Positions 51,060-54,885 of a stretch of 54,885 bases of DNA are shown one piece after another. Numbering within the stretch: position 1 is the first letter of the stretch; every line of letters starts with the position of its first letter. The position numbers were made by a program, and so were the translations under genes. This DNA comes from Octopus bimaculoides (taxonomy: Eukaryota). The notes beneath the pieces are model-generated. The model searched no databases and was not told where the DNA came from. It was given only the letters and a program-made list of their open reading frames with translations. The stretch is from positions 40,782,461-40,837,345 of the forward strand of contig NC_068991.1 of assembly GCF_001194135.2 (NCBI RefSeq). Direction: 5' to 3'.

Positions 51060-52230
51060 TTGCTCCAATCTGGACAGTTAGGAAAGCTAACTAGGAAGAT
51101 AATTTTTGTATGTGGCAGATGCTCAGGAGCAATAAACACTGAAAATGTGCAGAGAACAACTTCTGCCACATTCCAGGGAGAAAAACTAGAAGTAGTTGAT
51201 AGTTTCCGTTACCTAGGTGACCAAGTCAGTGGCAGGGGAGGGTGTGCTGAAGGTGTAGCTGCTAGAATAAGAATAGCCTGGGCAAATTTCAGAGAGCTCT
51301 TACCTCTGCTGGTGACAAAGGGCCTCTCACTTAGAGTAAAAGCAGACTGTATAATGTATGTGTATGACCAGCCATGCTACATGGCAGTGAAACATGGACA
51401 GTGACTGCTGAGGACATACGTAAGCTCGCAAGGAATGAAGCCAGTATGCTCCGATGGATGTGTAATGTCAATGCGCATGCTCGACGAGTGTAAGTACCTT
51501 GAGAGAAAAGTTGGACCTAAGCAGCATCAGTTGTGGTGTGCAAGAGAGACGATTGTGCTGGTATGGTCATTTGGCGAGAATGGATGAGGATAGCTGTGTG
51601 AAAAAGTGCCACAGCCTAGCAACTGAGGGTACCTGTGGAAGAGGTAGACCCAGGAAAACCTGGAATGAGGTGGAGAAGCACAACCTTTGAACATTAGACC
51701 TCACCGAGGCAATGACTAGTGACCGAGACCTTTGGAAATATGCTGTGCATGAGAAGACCCGGCAAGACAAGTGAGACCATAATCTGTGGCCTTTACCAGG
51801 GGTGTAGCCAGCCCACTTATGCGTACCTTTCCTCCTTTGGACACAAAACCCTGTTTGCGAAGACCTGTTGAGGCAAGTGAAATCGAAATCAAAATCAAAA
51901 TCGAACCAAATTCGACGACTGGCACCCATGCAAACCTTCCTTCATTGGACACTAAACTCAGCTTGCGAAGACTTGTTGGGGCAAGTGAGATTGAAACTGA
52001 ACCAAATTCGATGACTGGTACGTGTGCGAGTGGAGCGCTAACAGCACCATCCGAGTGGGATCACTGCCAGAGCAGCGGTCCCACTTCCGTGCCAGTGGCA
52101 TGTAAAAAGCACCATTTGAGTGTGATTGTTTCCAGCTTTGCCTTACTGGCACTTGTGCCGGTGGCATGTGAACAAAACATTGGACTGGCTCCTGTGCAGA
52201 TGGCACATAAAAAACACCATTTGAGCATGG
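51060..52230 (+). mobile_element. RTE-clade LINE 3' part (RT C-terminus and 3' UTR)
   Basis: LEVVDSFRYLGDQVS...ARIRIAWANFRELLPLL and RGRPRKTW.EV motifs. Confidence 0.88.
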
Positions 52231-54380
52231 CCGTTAGATCTGGGATGGTATGGTGCAAGAGTTACATGTTTTACAGCAAACATTTTACAAAACTTTTTAA
52301 ACTCAAAAGATAGAAATTGTGCTCCATTATCAGACACTATAGTGTCTTGAATGCCAAATCTCACAGACATCTCATGTAGAAAGTTTGTCATAGTTGAGGA
52401 GGTTGGCTTCTTACACTTACAAATTTCTGGCCATTTAGAGGAACTTTCTACTACCACTAAGTAGCATGAGCCGTTAGAGGGACCAGCAAAATCAATGTGT
52501 AGTCCCGACTACAAAACAGGTACTTCTGGCCAAGGTTCACTTTTTATTGTTGGTAATTTCACTGTTAGAGCACATCCTCTGCAGCCTTTCACTAAATTTT
52601 CAATTTCTCAATCCATTTTTGGCCAGTACACGTAGCTATGCATTAAAGCTTTCATCCTTGAAATACCAGGATATCTAACATGGAATTCTCTCAACATTTT
52701 CTTTTGCAGTGTTTCAGGTATTGTTACTCACTGTGCATACATCAGCACACTATCACAAATTGAATATAGGTTCATGTTTTGGTTTCATTTTGCATCAATC
52801 CTGTTTCTATTTACTTTTCCTTTTCACAGTATTCTTTTCATTTCTGTTATGAATTTGTCCTTTCCTGCATTTCATTTTATGTCTTTAGGGTCACCGGTAA
52901 TTTGCGTACCACATTCTACATTACAATTTTTTATTTCTCCTTCTGATCTTAAAGCTGTAATTACCATAGCTCGCAATGCTTTGGTATCAGTCTGGACAAA
53001 CCATCCGCATGCTCTAGTTTCTTTGGTGGTACATGTTCCATTTTGAAATCATAATTCAATAATGTAGTGCCCGTATATTGACAGTAGACAGAAACTTCTT
53101 CCATGAATAAATCTAAGGAATTTTTTACACCAAATATAATTGCTAACGCTTCCTTTTCTATTTGGCTATAGTTCCTCTCTGCTGGTAATACATGACATAT
53201 GGCTATAGCCTTTTTACTCCCATCGTCATATCTGTGCAGAAGCACTGCTTCTACAATGCAATCACTTGCATCTGTAGCCAATATAATATCCAGCTTCAAA
53301 TCAAAATGCGTTAACGATAAATCAAAATGTTTTTTAATTCATCAAATGCTTTCTGACATTTATCAACCCAGCACCATTTTGCATTTTTCTTTAACAAATC
53401 ATTTAGTGGAGCCCTTACACTGTGTATATTGAGAATATAAATTTGATAGTAATTTACTAAACCCCAAAATGCTTGTAGTAGAGTCACATTATTCGGTGTG
53501 GGCATATTTTTTATCACAGTTGCTCTGGAGGGATCTGGTTTCCATCTGTTTTTATCTATTATCTGGCCCAAGTATTTAATTTTTTTCAGAAAGAATTTGC
53601 ATTTTCCTTCACTTAGCTTAAAGCTGTATTCTCTTATCTTTTCAAATACCTTTTTACGTGTTCTATATGTTGTTTGTGTGATTCACTAAATAGGCGATAG
53701 CAAAATCACAGTCCGCCAGCATTGTATCTGCAGAAAGTGAGGTTGGCACTGGATGGGTGCCACACAATTCCTTACATAGTCGTGGAAGGAAAATAGCGGC
53801 ATAAGAATAGCCGAACAAATAACAATATTTATTCTCCGTCTGTACAAACGTTACATCTCGGGACAATCAGCAGCCAGGTTACCTTGGTGTGGAAGCAGCA
53901 GAGTCGGTTTAATCACAATTGTGAAGGCATTCTTCACAGTTTAGCCAATATCGTGTGACGCCTTCAGATCTCTAGCTACACAGAGCTAGTCAAGATTGCG
54001 TGCATCTAGGTTGGCAGCAGGGACGAAGAGAGTGCCTGGCGGTCAAGCCTAGCGGCTGCTGATTAAGGTCTATGCGCATAAGGGACTTCCAGCAGGCCTT
54101 CCAGAAGTCTCTAATCCCTGTGCATGTGTGGATGAAAATCCCAAAATGGCGACTGGAACCAGGCGTCACTACATATCTATTACTTGTTGAAATATGGAAG
54201 GGGCCAATTTTACACTGAAGGGAAGCCACTTAAATTTAGATAAGCCATGGTGTGTATTAATGGTTAATAAATGTGAGCATTCTTCTCCTTGGATTTGTAA
54301 GTATGCCTTCGAGACGTCTAATTTTGAGAGAGTGGGGGGGGGGAAGAGAGAGGGAGGGAAAGACAGAAATATCATTTATT
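52230..54380 (-). mobile_element. Degenerate Ty3/Gypsy pol fragment (RT, RNase H, integrase), interrupted by a solo LTR
   Basis: LSKLDVSKAYLQ...LAPSIFQQ; LGQIID...PDPSR; ATDASD...AERNYSQIEKEALAIIFGV; IVSDNGAQF...APYHPRSNG. Confidence 0.9.
53729..54173 (-). mobile_element. Solo LTR (445 bp) inserted in the RT of the Gypsy remnant
   Basis: Minus strand reads TGTAGTG...CTGCA with an internal AATAAA. 4-bp TSD TATC at 53725-53728 and 54174-54177. Removing it restores FQQVIDTMLADCDFAIAYL. Confidence 0.85.
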
Positions 54381-54613
54381 GCAGTGTTGAATAAAGTGAG
54401 AAACCCGAAGAGTGGTTATATCAACCAATGCTGGGATTAAATCATTTCCTCACAGGAAAATGAAGAAGTGAAAGAACATTGTGTGGTTGTTTAAAACAAA
54501 AAGTTTATTACCTGTGAGTGGCAATCATCATCAATTAGTTTGTATCGATTATAGCGCCAGGGTTCATATAATATAACTGTCATACAATGTATCTGTTTGA
54601 AAAATACAAAGAC

Positions 54614-54638
54614 AATAATAATAATAATAATAATAATG

Positions 54639-54678
<40 letters not shown>
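54614..54678 (+). repeat. (AAT)n microsatellite. Other microsatellites: (TA)n at 3240-3270, 4070-4135, 23690-23885, 50728-50771; (CA/TG)n at 35700-35725, 37430-37455; CAC/CAT-rich tract at 7140-7390
   Basis: Seen directly. Confidence 0.95.
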
Positions 54679-54885
54679 GAGGAAATAATTATAAACCAGC
54701 CCAAGGCTGATGAAAATACAGTAATGATTGAAAGAGTTAAGGTAACTGATAGGCAAAGTGAAATACTCTCTGAACCAACCATAAACACTAATGCAGGTGA
54801 AAATCAAATAGATGAAGGAAGTCATACAGAAATCAACGCAACAGAACTACATGATCTAAAAAATCAAATCATGATTGAATGGCTG
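54679..54885 (+). mobile_element. Possible 5'-truncated RLE-type LINE starting directly after an (AAT)n tract
   Basis: A 69-codon stop-free frame without ATG start (EEIIINQPKADENT...LKNQIMIEWL) begins at the end of the (AAT)n tract and runs off the window. Confidence 0.35.

Noticed and set aside
54564-54825. Poly-Tyr and poly-Leu ORFs
   Set aside because: Translations of the (AAT)n microsatellite on the minus strand.

Overview
AT-rich, repeat-dense animal genomic DNA with five assembly gaps. The (GAT)n-tailed RTE/SINE repeats and the (TA)n/(CA)n microsatellites match what I know of Octopus genomes; that assignment is inference. Three host-gene features, all on the minus strand, can be supported. 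(1) SLC35E3, with five coding exons reconstructed from canonical splice sites (10729 down to 572); its last ~25-30 codons are unresolved. (2) A two-exon micro-gene missed by the ORF track (exons 42254-42302 and 22618-22715, 19.5-kb intron). It encodes a 48-aa Cys/His-rich protein, MCKKATCDTCGKTTWIGCGKHIESVMKDVPEEDKCKCEVPNPKSCSAI, ending in a CaaX-like box. (3) An intact, intronless 497-aa Tigger/pogo (CENP-B-like) ORF nested in the same orientation inside that intron, with two of three catalytic Asp replaced, so probably a domesticated TIGD-type gene. The rest is transposon debris: Gypsy/Ty3 elements and a solo LTR with TSDs, a head-to-tail Tx1/L1 array with a repeated junction motif, RTE and RLE-type LINE tails, mariner DD34D and maT DD37D remnants, hAT and Tigger MITEs, SINEs and several long foldbacks. 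No rRNA, genuine tRNA or CRISPR array was seen.
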